A stretch of DNA of 20,319 nucleotides from a virus (taxonomy: Duplodnaviria; Heunggongvirae; Uroviricota; Caudoviricetes): the IMG/VR virus record IMGVR_UViG_2651869781_000004. One strand, written 5' to 3'. A program made the position numbers and the translations under genes. A model generated the notes under the pieces. The model made no database searches and was not told where the DNA came from. It saw nothing but the letters and a program-made list of their open reading frames with translations. Positions 6,390 to 14,147 of the stretch are shown here, one piece after another. Each line of letters opens with the position of its first letter. Position 1 is the stretch's first letter.

Positions 6390-7445
6390 GTGCGGGTATT
6401 ACTTCGACCTGTTCCGGTACCGGAACTTGGGCTGGTGGTGCTAAAACCGGGCCGTGAATCCATGCAGGTATTTCATAACCCTCGAGTTCTGGTGGAGCCG
6501 GAACCGAAAAGCATGCGCGGTCTGCCGTCCGGAGTCGTTCCTGCTGTTCGCCAGCCGCTGGCGGAGGATAAATCATTACTGCCATTTTTCAGCGATGAGC
6601 GGGTGATTCGTGCTGCTGGTGGTGCTGGTGCATTGTCTGACTGGCTGTTACGCCACATTAAATCCTGCCAGTGGCCTCATGGTGACTACCATCACAGTGA
6701 AACCGTCATACATCGTTACGGTACCGGCGCGATGGTGTTGTGCTGGCACTGCGACAACCAGCTGCGTAACCAGACTTCCGAATCACTCGGGCAGCTTGCT
6801 CACCAAAACCTGTCAGCATGGATGATTGATGTCATCCGCCACGCAATGAATGGCACGCAGGAGCGGGAATTATCGCTGGCTGAATTATCCTGGTGGGCAA
6901 CCATAAATAACGTAGCGGACGCACTACCGGAGACGGTGTTACGTCGTTCACTGGGATTACGCGCGGAAAAAATTCGCTCAGTATACCGCGAGAGCGACAT
7001 CGTGCCGGGAGAGCAGACCGCCACCAGCATGCTGAAGCAGCGCACAAAAAATATTGCGCTACTGCCTCACGCCCACCAGCAAAACCCGCCACAGGAAAAG
7101 ACGGTGGTAAGCATTGCCGTTGATCCGGAGTCACCGGCTCAGTATCTCCAGCGCCAGAAACCACGACGGGAAGAGATGCCTGTATACACGCGTTGGGTAA
7201 AAACGCAGAAATGCATGACGTGTGGTAATCAGGCAGATGATCCGCATCACATCATTGGTCATGGACTGGGAGGGATGGGAACAAAGGCTGATGATTTGTT
7301 TGTTATTCCGCTGTGCCGTAAATGCCATAGCGAACTACACGCCGGGGTAAAAGATTTTGAAGAAAAACACGGCAGCCAGCTGTTGTTGCTGATTCGTTTT
7401 TTAATGCACGCGAGAAATTCGGGTGTCCTGAAGTGGAAAGCATGA
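6390..7445 (+). CDS. YdfU/DUF968-like prophage protein with a C-terminal Cys/His (HNH-like) motif
   Basis: GTG at 6390 with GGAGGTAA 5 nt upstream (in frame with ORF-track 6318..7445). C-terminus CMTCGNQADDPHHIIGHGLGGMGTKADDLFVIPLCRKCHSELH. Family call is from recall. Confidence 0.6.
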   Translation: MRVLLRPVPVPELGLVVLKPGRESMQVFHNPRVLVEPEPKSMRGLPSGVVPAVRQPLAEDKSLLPFFSDERVIRAAGGAGALSDWLLRHIKSCQWPHGDYHHSETVIHRYGTGAMVLCWHCDNQLRNQTSESLGQLAHQNLSAWMIDVIRHAMNGTQERELSLAELSWWATINNVADALPETVLRRSLGLRAEKIRSVYRESDIVPGEQTATSMLKQRTKNIALLPHAHQQNPPQEKTVVSIAVDPESPAQYLQRQKPRREEMPVYTRWVKTQKCMTCGNQADDPHHIIGHGLGGMGTKADDLFVIPLCRKCHSELHAGVKDFEEKHGSQLLLLIRFLMHARNSGVLKWKA

Positions 7446-7811
7446 ATGACTGAACGCATAGAATTTGTTTTGCCTTACCCGCCAACGGTGAACACTTACT
7501 GGCGACGTCGTGGCAGCACATATTTTGTATCAAAAGCCGGTGAGCGTTATCGCCGTGATGTGGCGCTTATTGTTCGCCAGCAGCGGCTGAAATTAAACCT
7601 GTCCGGAAGGCTGGCGATAAAGATTATTGCAGAGCCACCGGATAAACGTCGTCGTGACCTGGACAATATCCTGAAAGCACCACTGGATGCGCTGACGCAT
7701 GCCGGACTTCTCATAGACGACGAGCAGTTTGATGAAATCAATATTGTGCGCGGTCAGCGCGTTCCTGGGGGACGGCTGGGCGTGAAGATTTACAAAATTG
7801 AGAGTGAGTGA
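7446..7811 (+). CDS. rusA: Holliday-junction resolvase RusA
   Basis: 121 aa; LPYPPTVNTYWRRRG...PPDKRRRDLDNILKAPLDALTHAGLLIDDEQ matches the RusA family motif (RRRDLDN). Start adjoins the previous stop. Confidence 0.85.
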   Translation: MTERIEFVLPYPPTVNTYWRRRGSTYFVSKAGERYRRDVALIVRQQRLKLNLSGRLAIKIIAEPPDKRRRDLDNILKAPLDALTHAGLLIDDEQFDEINIVRGQRVPGGRLGVKIYKIESE

Positions 7812-7819
7812 TCGTAAAT

Positions 7820-8362
7820 ATGATATACCCGGAAATTACAGGCAAAAGCGGCGAGCATTTACGTCTAAAAACGCTGGAAGCCGTCTGGATCCAGGGGAAA
7901 TTACGGATGTGGGGGCGTTGGTCGTATATAGGTGGTGGCAAACCAGGAAATATGTTCAATCAGTTGCTGGCATCCAAAAAACTGACAAAAACCGCAATCA
8001 ATGAAGCCCTGCGTAGAATCAGGGAGTCAGGGATTGATAAACCAGAGCTGGAAGCATTCTTGCGAGAGATGATCGCTGGCAGACAGAAGAGCTGGTTGTC
8101 TCACTGTACTGATGCAGAGGCGTTACGCATTGATGGGGTGATAAGTAAAGCGCTTGCACGTTATCCTGGATTGATTGATATCCTGCGGCAAAGGTACGAA
8201 GGGCGGGGGATGAGTAAACGCAAAATGGCTGAATTGTTGAATGAGGTGCACCCGGAATGGTGTTTTAGTACATGCGAAAAGCGAATTGCTAATTGGTTGG
8301 CTGTTGCTGAATATGCGCTATACATCCCTATGCGAGAATCGTTTGCTCAAAAAATGTCTTGA
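7820..8362 (+). CDS. Putative late-gene antitermination protein (Q-like), assigned by position
   Basis: Lies between rusA and a strong intrinsic terminator that precedes the late genes, which is the canonical Q position. The sequence does not resemble lambda Q. Start ambiguous (GTG 7808 overlapping the rusA stop, or ATG 7820). Confidence 0.45.
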   Translation: MIYPEITGKSGEHLRLKTLEAVWIQGKLRMWGRWSYIGGGKPGNMFNQLLASKKLTKTAINEALRRIRESGIDKPELEAFLREMIAGRQKSWLSHCTDAEALRIDGVISKALARYPGLIDILRQRYEGRGMSKRKMAELLNEVHPEWCFSTCEKRIANWLAVAEYALYIPMRESFAQKMS

Positions 8363-8445
8363 TTTTTTACGCATAAACTGTTTCAATCCAGCTACGCTTC
8401 GCAAAGCTATACCGCGAGGCGAATAGCAGACATGGACACCTGAAA

Positions 8446-8470
8446 GAACCCGCTTTATGCGGGTTTTTTT
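8446..8470 (+). terminator. tR'-like intrinsic terminator downstream of the Q-like gene
   Basis: gaacccgc-tttat-gcgggtt followed by TTTTTTT, about 85 nt after the Q stop, as expected for the pR'/tR' unit. Confidence 0.7.
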
Positions 8471-8593
8471 ATGTCTGAAAAACGGCACAGAACATTAAAC
8501 GCGCTGGTAGTTGTGAATACTGGTCTTTCAGCTTGCTGGCTTTTTCGACAAGAGGTATTGGTATGTCACGTTAACCGGAAAAGGGAAAAAAGC

Positions 8594-8791
8594 ATGCTAA
8601 AACAGCAGGATATGACCGAAACCGCCAGAGTGGTGTTTAATGAATTAAGCGTCACCGAACCGGCGACCGTCGGGGAAATTGCGCAGAATACTTACCTTTC
8701 ACGCGAACGCTGCCAGTTAATACTGACTCAGCTTGTTATGGCGGGTCTGGCAGATTATCAGTTCGGTTGTTACAGACGCCTTCCGCAGTGA
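8594..8791 (+). CDS. Hypothetical small protein (65 aa), possibly winged-helix
   Basis: ATG at 8594 preceded by AAGGGAAAAAAGC. The ORF-track start at 8471 lies inside the terminator T-tract and is unlikely. Confidence 0.4.
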   Translation: MLKQQDMTETARVVFNELSVTEPATVGEIAQNTYLSRERCQLILTQLVMAGLADYQFGCYRRLPQ

Positions 8792-8941
8792 AGGCTTTTT
8801 AATTTGTGGTAATGGGCGGCTGGTGGGTGTTAGCGGCACCTGCCAGCCATCTGCTCATGCGTTGGGGTCACAAGCAAACCTCAGGCCCATCTGCTTTGCG
8901 CAAAAGCGGTATGAGCCTATCAGAGAAGTGCTTATTGATCT

Positions 8942-9991
8942 ATGATTAATACTGTAAAAATATCCAGTTGTGAGTTAATCAACGCTGATTGCCTGGAATT
9001 TATCCAGACCTTACCGGAAAACTCTGTCGATCTGATAGTCACAGACCCGCCATACTTTAAAGTGAAGCCCGAGGGCTGGGATAACCAGTGGGAGGGCGAC
9101 GATGATTACCTGAAATGGCTGGACCAGTGTCTGGCGCAGTTCTGGCGGGTACTGAAGCCTGCCGGAAGTCTTTACCTGTTCTGTGGTCATCGCCTGGCAT
9201 CTGACACCGAAATCATGATGCGTGAGCGCTTTAATGTGCTGAACCACATTATCTGGGCGAAGCCGTCCGGACGCTGGAACGGGTGCAATAAGGAAAGTCT
9301 GCGGGCGTATTTTCCGGCAACAGAGCGCATTCTGTTTGCAGAACATTATCAGGGACCGTATCGCCCGAAAGATGATGGCTATGTGGCACAGGGGCGCGAG
9401 CTAAAACAGCACGTCATGGCCCCGCTGATTTCTTACTTTCGTGATGCGCGTAAATCACTGGGAATAACGTCAAAACAGATAGCGGAAGCCACCGGAAAGA
9501 AAAACATGGCTTCGCACTGGTTTGGTACCAGTCAGTGGCAGTTACCGAACGAGGGTAATTACAACAAATTGCAGGCGTTGTTTGCGCGTGTTGCGGCAGA
9601 AAAACATCAGCGCGGGGAACTGGAAAAGCCACACCACCAGCTGGTCAGCACATACAGTGAGCTGAACCGGCAGTATACGGAACTGCTGAGTGAATATAAA
9701 AATTTGCGGCGGTATTTCGGTGTGACGGCGCAGGTTCCGTACACCGATGTCTGGACGCATAAACCGGTGCAGTACTATCCAGGGAAACATCCGTGCGAAA
9801 AACCGGCAGAAATGCTGCAGCAGATAATCAACGCGAGCAGTCGTCCGGGAGACCTGGTTGCAGATTTTTTTATGGGTTCAGGTTCAACGGTAAAAGCGGC
9901 GATGGCACTGGGGCGTTGTGCGATTGGTGTTGAGCTGGAGACAGGACGTTTTGAACAGACAGTCAGGGAAGTTCAGGATTTAATCGTTTGA
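8942..9991 (+). CDS. DNA N6-adenine/N4-cytosine methyltransferase (beta-class amino-MTase)
   Basis: Catalytic DPPY motif near the N-terminus (VTDPPYF) and AdoMet-binding FxGxG near the C-terminus (DFFMGSGSTVKAA); this motif order is typical of beta-class MTases. No adjacent restriction endonuclease gene seen. Confidence 0.85.
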   Translation: MINTVKISSCELINADCLEFIQTLPENSVDLIVTDPPYFKVKPEGWDNQWEGDDDYLKWLDQCLAQFWRVLKPAGSLYLFCGHRLASDTEIMMRERFNVLNHIIWAKPSGRWNGCNKESLRAYFPATERILFAEHYQGPYRPKDDGYVAQGRELKQHVMAPLISYFRDARKSLGITSKQIAEATGKKNMASHWFGTSQWQLPNEGNYNKLQALFARVAAEKHQRGELEKPHHQLVSTYSELNRQYTELLSEYKNLRRYFGVTAQVPYTDVWTHKPVQYYPGKHPCEKPAEMLQQIINASSRPGDLVADFFMGSGSTVKAAMALGRCAIGVELETGRFEQTVREVQDLIV

Positions 9992-10040
9992 AACGGATGG
10001 GATTGCAGAATTAATTACGCACCATTATTATTCTGCTACC

Positions 10041-10116
10041 GGCCCTTTAGCTCAGTGGTGAGAGCGAGCGACTCATAATCGCCAGGTCGCTGGTTCAAAT
10101 CCAGCAAGGGCCACCA
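10041..10116 (+). tRNA. ileZ: tRNA-Ile2 (anticodon CAU, lysidine type), ileZ-like
   Basis: 76 nt with CCA end. 7-bp acceptor stem GGCCCTT/AAGGGCC, D-arm GCTC...GAGC, anticodon loop CTCATAA, T-loop GGTTCAAATCC. Closely resembles E. coli ileX. Confidence 0.85.
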
Positions 10117-10123
10117 TCACATA

Positions 10124-10200
10124 CCGCCATTAGCTCATCGGCAGAGAGCGTCAGCTTTCGAAACTGGCTGTGTGGGGCCCGGGTCCCCGATGGCAATCCA
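10124..10200 (+). tRNA. argN: Atypical tRNA-Arg (anticodon UCG), argN-like
   Basis: D-arm GCTC...GAGC and anticodon loop TTTCGAA (UCG). However two acceptor-stem mismatches, a C-A pair closing the anticodon stem, and a T-loop CCCGGGT instead of TTCGAAT. Boundaries approximate. Confidence 0.45.
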
Positions 10201-10213
10201 TTATCTGCATTAT

Positions 10214-10290
10214 GCGTTGTTAGCTCAGCCGGACAGAGCAATTGCCTTCTAAGCAATCGGTCACTGGTTCGAATCCAGTACAACGCGCCA
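10214..10290 (+). tRNA. argO: tRNA-Arg (anticodon UCU), argO-like
   Basis: 77 nt with CCA. Acceptor GCGTTGT/ACAACGC, anticodon loop CTTCTAA (UCU), T-loop GGTTCGAATCC. Confidence 0.85.
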
Positions 10291-10427
10291 TATTCATTCT
10301 TCCAGATTTCTTCCGGCAGAGCCTTATACTGGAATATACCTGGCTCAGTATATTGTTGAAAATATTATATGTTTGTCAAAAATAAAAGTTCTGTTAAGTA
10401 TTGATTGAGTGTTTGTTATACGGTCTA

Positions 10428-10754
10428 ATGATTTTTTCAGTATTAAATATTTATCATTCATATGGTGTGGGTAGAGTGAATATTGATGAGGCGTCGGGGT
10501 GTTTCATCCTTAGGCAGCGTATTGATATAGTCAATGCAGCACGAGCAAAGGCCTTCAGCCGTTTGACAGTTTTGTTCTGTACTCCTGATCGTCTTTTGGG
10601 AAGAGACGTTATTATTCTGAATAGTGATGCTATACAGAGGGTTTGCGATGAGTTCATGGTTGCTAATTCAGAATTATTTGCTCTTGTTCAGGAGTACAAC
10701 AGAATAGCCAGGACCTGTGGTATGGATGAACTTCGGATTACTCATCTGGGGTAG
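10428..10754 (+). CDS. Hypothetical protein in the stx-equivalent slot (weakly supported)
   Basis: ORF-track frame 10401..10754 (TTG); first ATG at 10428. No clear SD, low GC, no signal peptide, no recognisable family. Confidence 0.3.
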   Translation: MIFSVLNIYHSYGVGRVNIDEASGCFILRQRIDIVNAARAKAFSRLTVLFCTPDRLLGRDVIILNSDAIQRVCDEFMVANSELFALVQEYNRIARTCGMDELRITHLG

Positions 10755-11146
10755 ATACATATCTGGATTATCACCTGTTACGGTAAAAAGTGATTGCTTA
10801 CTGTTTTTGTGAATGGCATTGCAGCAGCCGGATAATGTCAGTGCTGGCTGACGGTGTGCTGGTGGCGGGTGTGGTGGTTGTTGCTTTCCCGTTGCTGAAA
10901 AAGAAAACGCCAGACTGTTAGCCGGGTATCAGTTAGCGGGAGAAATTTTTAAATACTTCACAATTCAGGCGGTTGACTGTTGTCTGGTTTGCGGGGAGTT
11001 TGTTAAAAGAAACTGGCATGGTGAATCCCCCTGTGCGGAGGGGCAATCAGCGAGTAGGTATATGGGATAATCGCGGATTCAGGTGCTGGTACTGAATTCA
11101 CCGGGAGGCACCCGGCACCATGCAATGGCACATAGCGCCACTCTCC

Positions 11147-11172
11147 AGCCCCTCTCCGGAGGGGCTGTTTAT
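11147..11172 (+). terminator. Putative intrinsic terminator (agcccctc-tccg-gaggggct followed by a T-rich tract)
   Basis: 8-bp GC-rich stem with tetraloop followed by GTTTAT. Lies between the two convergent cargo ORFs. Confidence 0.4.
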
Positions 11173-11201
11173 ATTGATTTTGTCAGATGTGAGTAAACTC
11201 C

Positions 11202-11537
11202 TTATGGACTTTGTTGTTTTAGTCCATAAGGACATATTTGCAGAGTGCAACGGTTATTAAAGCATTCATTCAATACGTTATCTGTATTTGTAGGGCATTC
11301 CTGGCTGTTTTTGATTAAATTCCAGAATGTTTTATTGAATGGTACTACGTTGTAAATGGTTACAGGTAGCACTTTGTTATTGAGCATGATGCCTGTGTGA
11401 GTCAGTGTAAATATACTTTCAGGAGGTAAGAAAGCATCCGATTGATACCAGATTATTAATTTTATTTTACTCCATATGACTGAAAAAGATATTCCGCATG
11501 ATGGCTGGATAACTGTATCAATCACAATCCACTTCAT
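11202..11537 (-). CDS. Hypothetical protein (111 aa) in the stx-equivalent slot, opposite strand
   Basis: Minus-strand ORF with a strong SD (AAGGAAAG 5 nt before the ATG). Six Cys residues, several in the C-terminal third ([24 protein letters not shown]). A perfect 10-bp inverted repeat (11201-11210 / 11221-11230) overlaps its stop. No family recognised. Confidence 0.45.
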   Translation of the reverse strand: MKWIVIDTVIQPSCGISFSVIWSKIKLIIWYQSDAFLPPESIFTLTHTGIMLNNKVLPVTIYNVVPFNKTFWNLIKNSQECPTNTDNVLNECFNNRCTLQICPYGLKQQSP

Positions 11538-11796
11538 TTACTTTCCTTGTTTATGCCTTGCTGGTGATGTTCTGAAAAGTATAAATGATATTTTTGAATT
11601 AAACCATAGAGCAGAATTATTTTTCTGATGTTGTTTATTGTTTATTTAAATACAGGGTGGTTTATATCTCGTCTTGTAGTTTATCCATGCATATCTGCTT
11701 GATAATCAGGTTTTTATTTAAGGTATGGTTTTGTGTTTTTTCTGTATTACATGTCAGGTATTTTAAAGAATTATTTTTCAGATGGTGGAAAGAACC

Positions 11797-13647
11797 ATGG
11801 CATTTAAACACTATGATGTTGTCAGGGCGGCGTCGCCGTCAGATCTTGCGGAAAAGCTGACACATAAACTGAAAGAGGGCTGGCAGCCGTTTGGTAGTCC
11901 GGTGGCCATAACCCCTTATACTCTGATGCAGGCGATTACAGCAGAAGGTGATGTGGTGGTCAGTGGTGCAACTGAGCCGGATTGGTACTACGTCATCGTA
12001 CTGGCCGGGCAGTCCAATGCCATGGCTTACGGTGAAGGGCTTCCGCTGCCGGATTCATACGATGCTCCGGATCCGCGCATTAAACAGCTGGCGCGCCGCA
12101 GTACAGTGACGCCGGGTGGGGCTGCCTGCAGATATAACGATATTATTCCGGCCGACCACTGCCTGCATGATGTGCAGGATATGAGTACGCTGAATCATCC
12201 GAAGGCAGACCTGAGCAAAGGGCAGTACGGCTGTGTCGGCCAGGGCTTACATATTGCCAAAAAACTGCTTCCGTATATCCCGAATAACGCGGGGATCCTG
12301 CTGGTACCATGCTGTCGTGGTGGTTCGGCATTCACCCAGGGCACGGAGGGGACATTCAGCGAGTCCACGGGGGCCAGTCAGGATTCGGCTCGCTGGGGAG
12401 TGGGTAAGCCGTTATATCAGGATCTGCTTTTCCGCACGAAGGCAGCATTGCAGAAAAACCCGAAAAACGTTTTGCTGGCGATATGCTGGATGCAGGGGGA
12501 ATTCGATATGACGAATGCCAGTTACGCCCAGCAGCCAGCAGCATTTCTTGCAATGGTACAGCAGTTCCGTGCTGACTTTGCCGGGCTGGCGGCGCAGTGT
12601 CACGGTGGAAGTCCGGCATCAGTCCCCTGGATTTGTGGCGACACGACATACGCGTGGAAACAAGAACACGGTACGCAATATGAAGTGGTATATGGTGCAT
12701 ATAAAGGTAAAGAATCCCAGCAGATTTATTTTGTTCCCTTTATGACCGATGGTAGCGGAGTTAATACACCGACAAACAACCCGTCAGAAGATCCTGATAT
12801 TGCCGGGTCTGGTTATTACGGTTCGGCATCCCGAACGAACAAAAACTGGGTATCATCAAATCGCCCGACGCATTTCAGCTCATGGGCGCGTCGTGGCATT
12901 ATTCCCGATCGTATGGCAACTGCTATTCTGAACGTAGCCGGTCGCACCTTAGCCTTCATTAGTGGTAAGGCACCGGAAATCAAACCCTCGCCCGGCGGCG
13001 ACACGCCATCGGGGCCGTCTGAAGATGCATCCGTACGCACAATCTCCCTGTTGCCGACAGCCGGAGATGCTGCTGCGCAGGGCTGGAGCATTAAGAATGG
13101 CGGAATTCAGTTGTCAGATGGTGTATTTAAGATCACCAAGCAGAGCAATAAAACCTGGTCCCTGATGCATCCGGTGGATGACGCAATTACCCTGCTGACA
13201 CAGGGCGGCAGACTGACCTGTAAGTTCCGCCTCTCAGGCGCACTGACCAACAATCAGTTCGGGCTGGGGATTTATCTGTATACGGACGCTCCCGTTCCTG
13301 ATGATGTGGCGATGACGGGTACTGGTAATCCGTTCCTGATGTCTTACTTCACTCAGACCACTGACGGCAGAGTGAATCTGATGCATCACAGGAAAGCCGG
13401 AAACACGAAGCTGGGGGAGTTCGGCGATAACGGTAACGACTGGCAGACGCTGGAGCTGGTGTTCACCGCCGGCAGTGCCACGGTTACTCCGAAACTGAAT
13501 GGAGTGGCTGGCCCGGCATTCCAGGTTATAAAAGACAGTCTGACACTGGGACTGAATGCGCTGACGCTGACGGATGTTACAAAAAATGCAGCGTATGGCG
13601 TTGAGATAGAAAGTCTGGTGCTGGAGATAAATGCACCGGCAGCATAA
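11797..13647 (+). CDS. nanS-p: Sialate (9-O-acetyl-Neu5Ac) O-acetylesterase, NanS-p-like
   Basis: 616 aa. SGNH/SASA esterase motif GQSN (VLAGQSNAMAYGEG) after a DUF1737-type N-terminus, in the position immediately upstream of the lysis cassette that NanS-p occupies in Stx phages. ATG 11797 preferred (GGTGGAAAG upstream) over the track start 11782. Confidence 0.75.
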   Translation: MAFKHYDVVRAASPSDLAEKLTHKLKEGWQPFGSPVAITPYTLMQAITAEGDVVVSGATEPDWYYVIVLAGQSNAMAYGEGLPLPDSYDAPDPRIKQLARRSTVTPGGAACRYNDIIPADHCLHDVQDMSTLNHPKADLSKGQYGCVGQGLHIAKKLLPYIPNNAGILLVPCCRGGSAFTQGTEGTFSESTGASQDSARWGVGKPLYQDLLFRTKAALQKNPKNVLLAICWMQGEFDMTNASYAQQPAAFLAMVQQFRADFAGLAAQCHGGSPASVPWICGDTTYAWKQEHGTQYEVVYGAYKGKESQQIYFVPFMTDGSGVNTPTNNPSEDPDIAGSGYYGSASRTNKNWVSSNRPTHFSSWARRGIIPDRMATAILNVAGRTLAFISGKAPEIKPSPGGDTPSGPSEDASVRTISLLPTAGDAAAQGWSIKNGGIQLSDGVFKITKQSNKTWSLMHPVDDAITLLTQGGRLTCKFRLSGALTNNQFGLGIYLYTDAPVPDDVAMTGTGNPFLMSYFTQTTDGRVNLMHHRKAGNTKLGEFGDNGNDWQTLELVFTAGSATVTPKLNGVAGPAFQVIKDSLTLGLNALTLTDVTKNAAYGVEIESLVLEINAPAA

Positions 13648-13849
13648 TAAAAAAAGCCAGCGCCCACTCTGAAGGACGCTGGCTAAAACGGGTAGATGTA
13701 CTTCACATGATACTTATACTTGGCAGTACATTTTCTGACAGACAGTGACGGATGTTGTCAAGATATTGTGTCATTTATAACCTGAATCAGGGGTTGGCCG
13801 GAATGTTATCTGGCATTTTTAGCAGAGCCTGAATGCCATAATCACGGCT

Positions 13850-13890
13850 CCCGGCGTTGGCCGTCAGTGGGTGACACTGGCGGCTTTTTT
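13850..13890 (+). terminator. Intrinsic terminator upstream of the holin gene
   Basis: gccgtcagtg-ggtga-cactggcggc (10-bp stem, one mismatch) followed by TTTTTTGTTTTTCTTT. Confidence 0.55.
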
Positions 13891-13940
13891 GTTTTTCTTT
13901 ACTTTCATTTTCTGTCGGCGGTGACGGAGACATACATCAG

Positions 13941-14147
13941 ATGGAAAAAATCACAACAGGTGTGTCATACACCACGTCAGCGGTGGGGACGGGATACTGT
14001 TTACTGCAGCTGCTGGACAAAGTCTCTCCGTCCCAGTGGGTGGCAATAGGTGTGCTGGGGAGTCTGCTGTTTGGCCTGCTGACGTATCTGACAAACCTTT
14101 ATTTCAAGATTAAAGAAGATAAGCGCAAGGCTGCGAGAGGTGAATAA
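13941..14147 (+). CDS. S: Holin (S-like, Stx-phage 933W type)
   Basis: 68 aa; [68 protein letters not shown], nearly identical to the recalled holin of Stx phages. Stop overlaps the endolysin start. Confidence 0.85.
   Translation: MEKITTGVSYTTSAVGTGYCLLQLLDKVSPSQWVAIGVLGSLLFGLLTYLTNLYFKIKEDKRKAARGE

Noticed and set aside
8471-8593. ORF-track start at 8471 for the 106-aa ORF
   Set aside because: That ATG sits inside the T-tract of the tR'-like terminator with no RBS. The internal ATG at 8594 with an AG-rich SD is the more plausible start.
8733-8945. 70-aa ORF between the 65-aa gene and the methyltransferase
   Set aside because: Overlaps the upstream ORF in another frame, has no RBS and an unconvincing amino-acid composition.
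10291-11796. Search for Shiga-toxin genes (stxA/stxB) in the canonical slot
   Set aside because: No ORF here has an N-terminal signal peptide or any resemblance to Stx A (about 315 aa) or B (about 89 aa) subunits as I recall them. The element is called stx-negative on this basis, pending a proper search.
12143-13165. Several 60-115-aa ORFs on both strands inside the nanS-p coding region
   Set aside because: All nested in a 616-aa gene with an esterase motif and continuous coding signal; judged to be frame shadows.
13867-14049. 60-aa ORF overlapping the terminator and the holin start
   Set aside because: Begins inside the terminator hairpin and overlaps the well-supported holin gene in a different frame.
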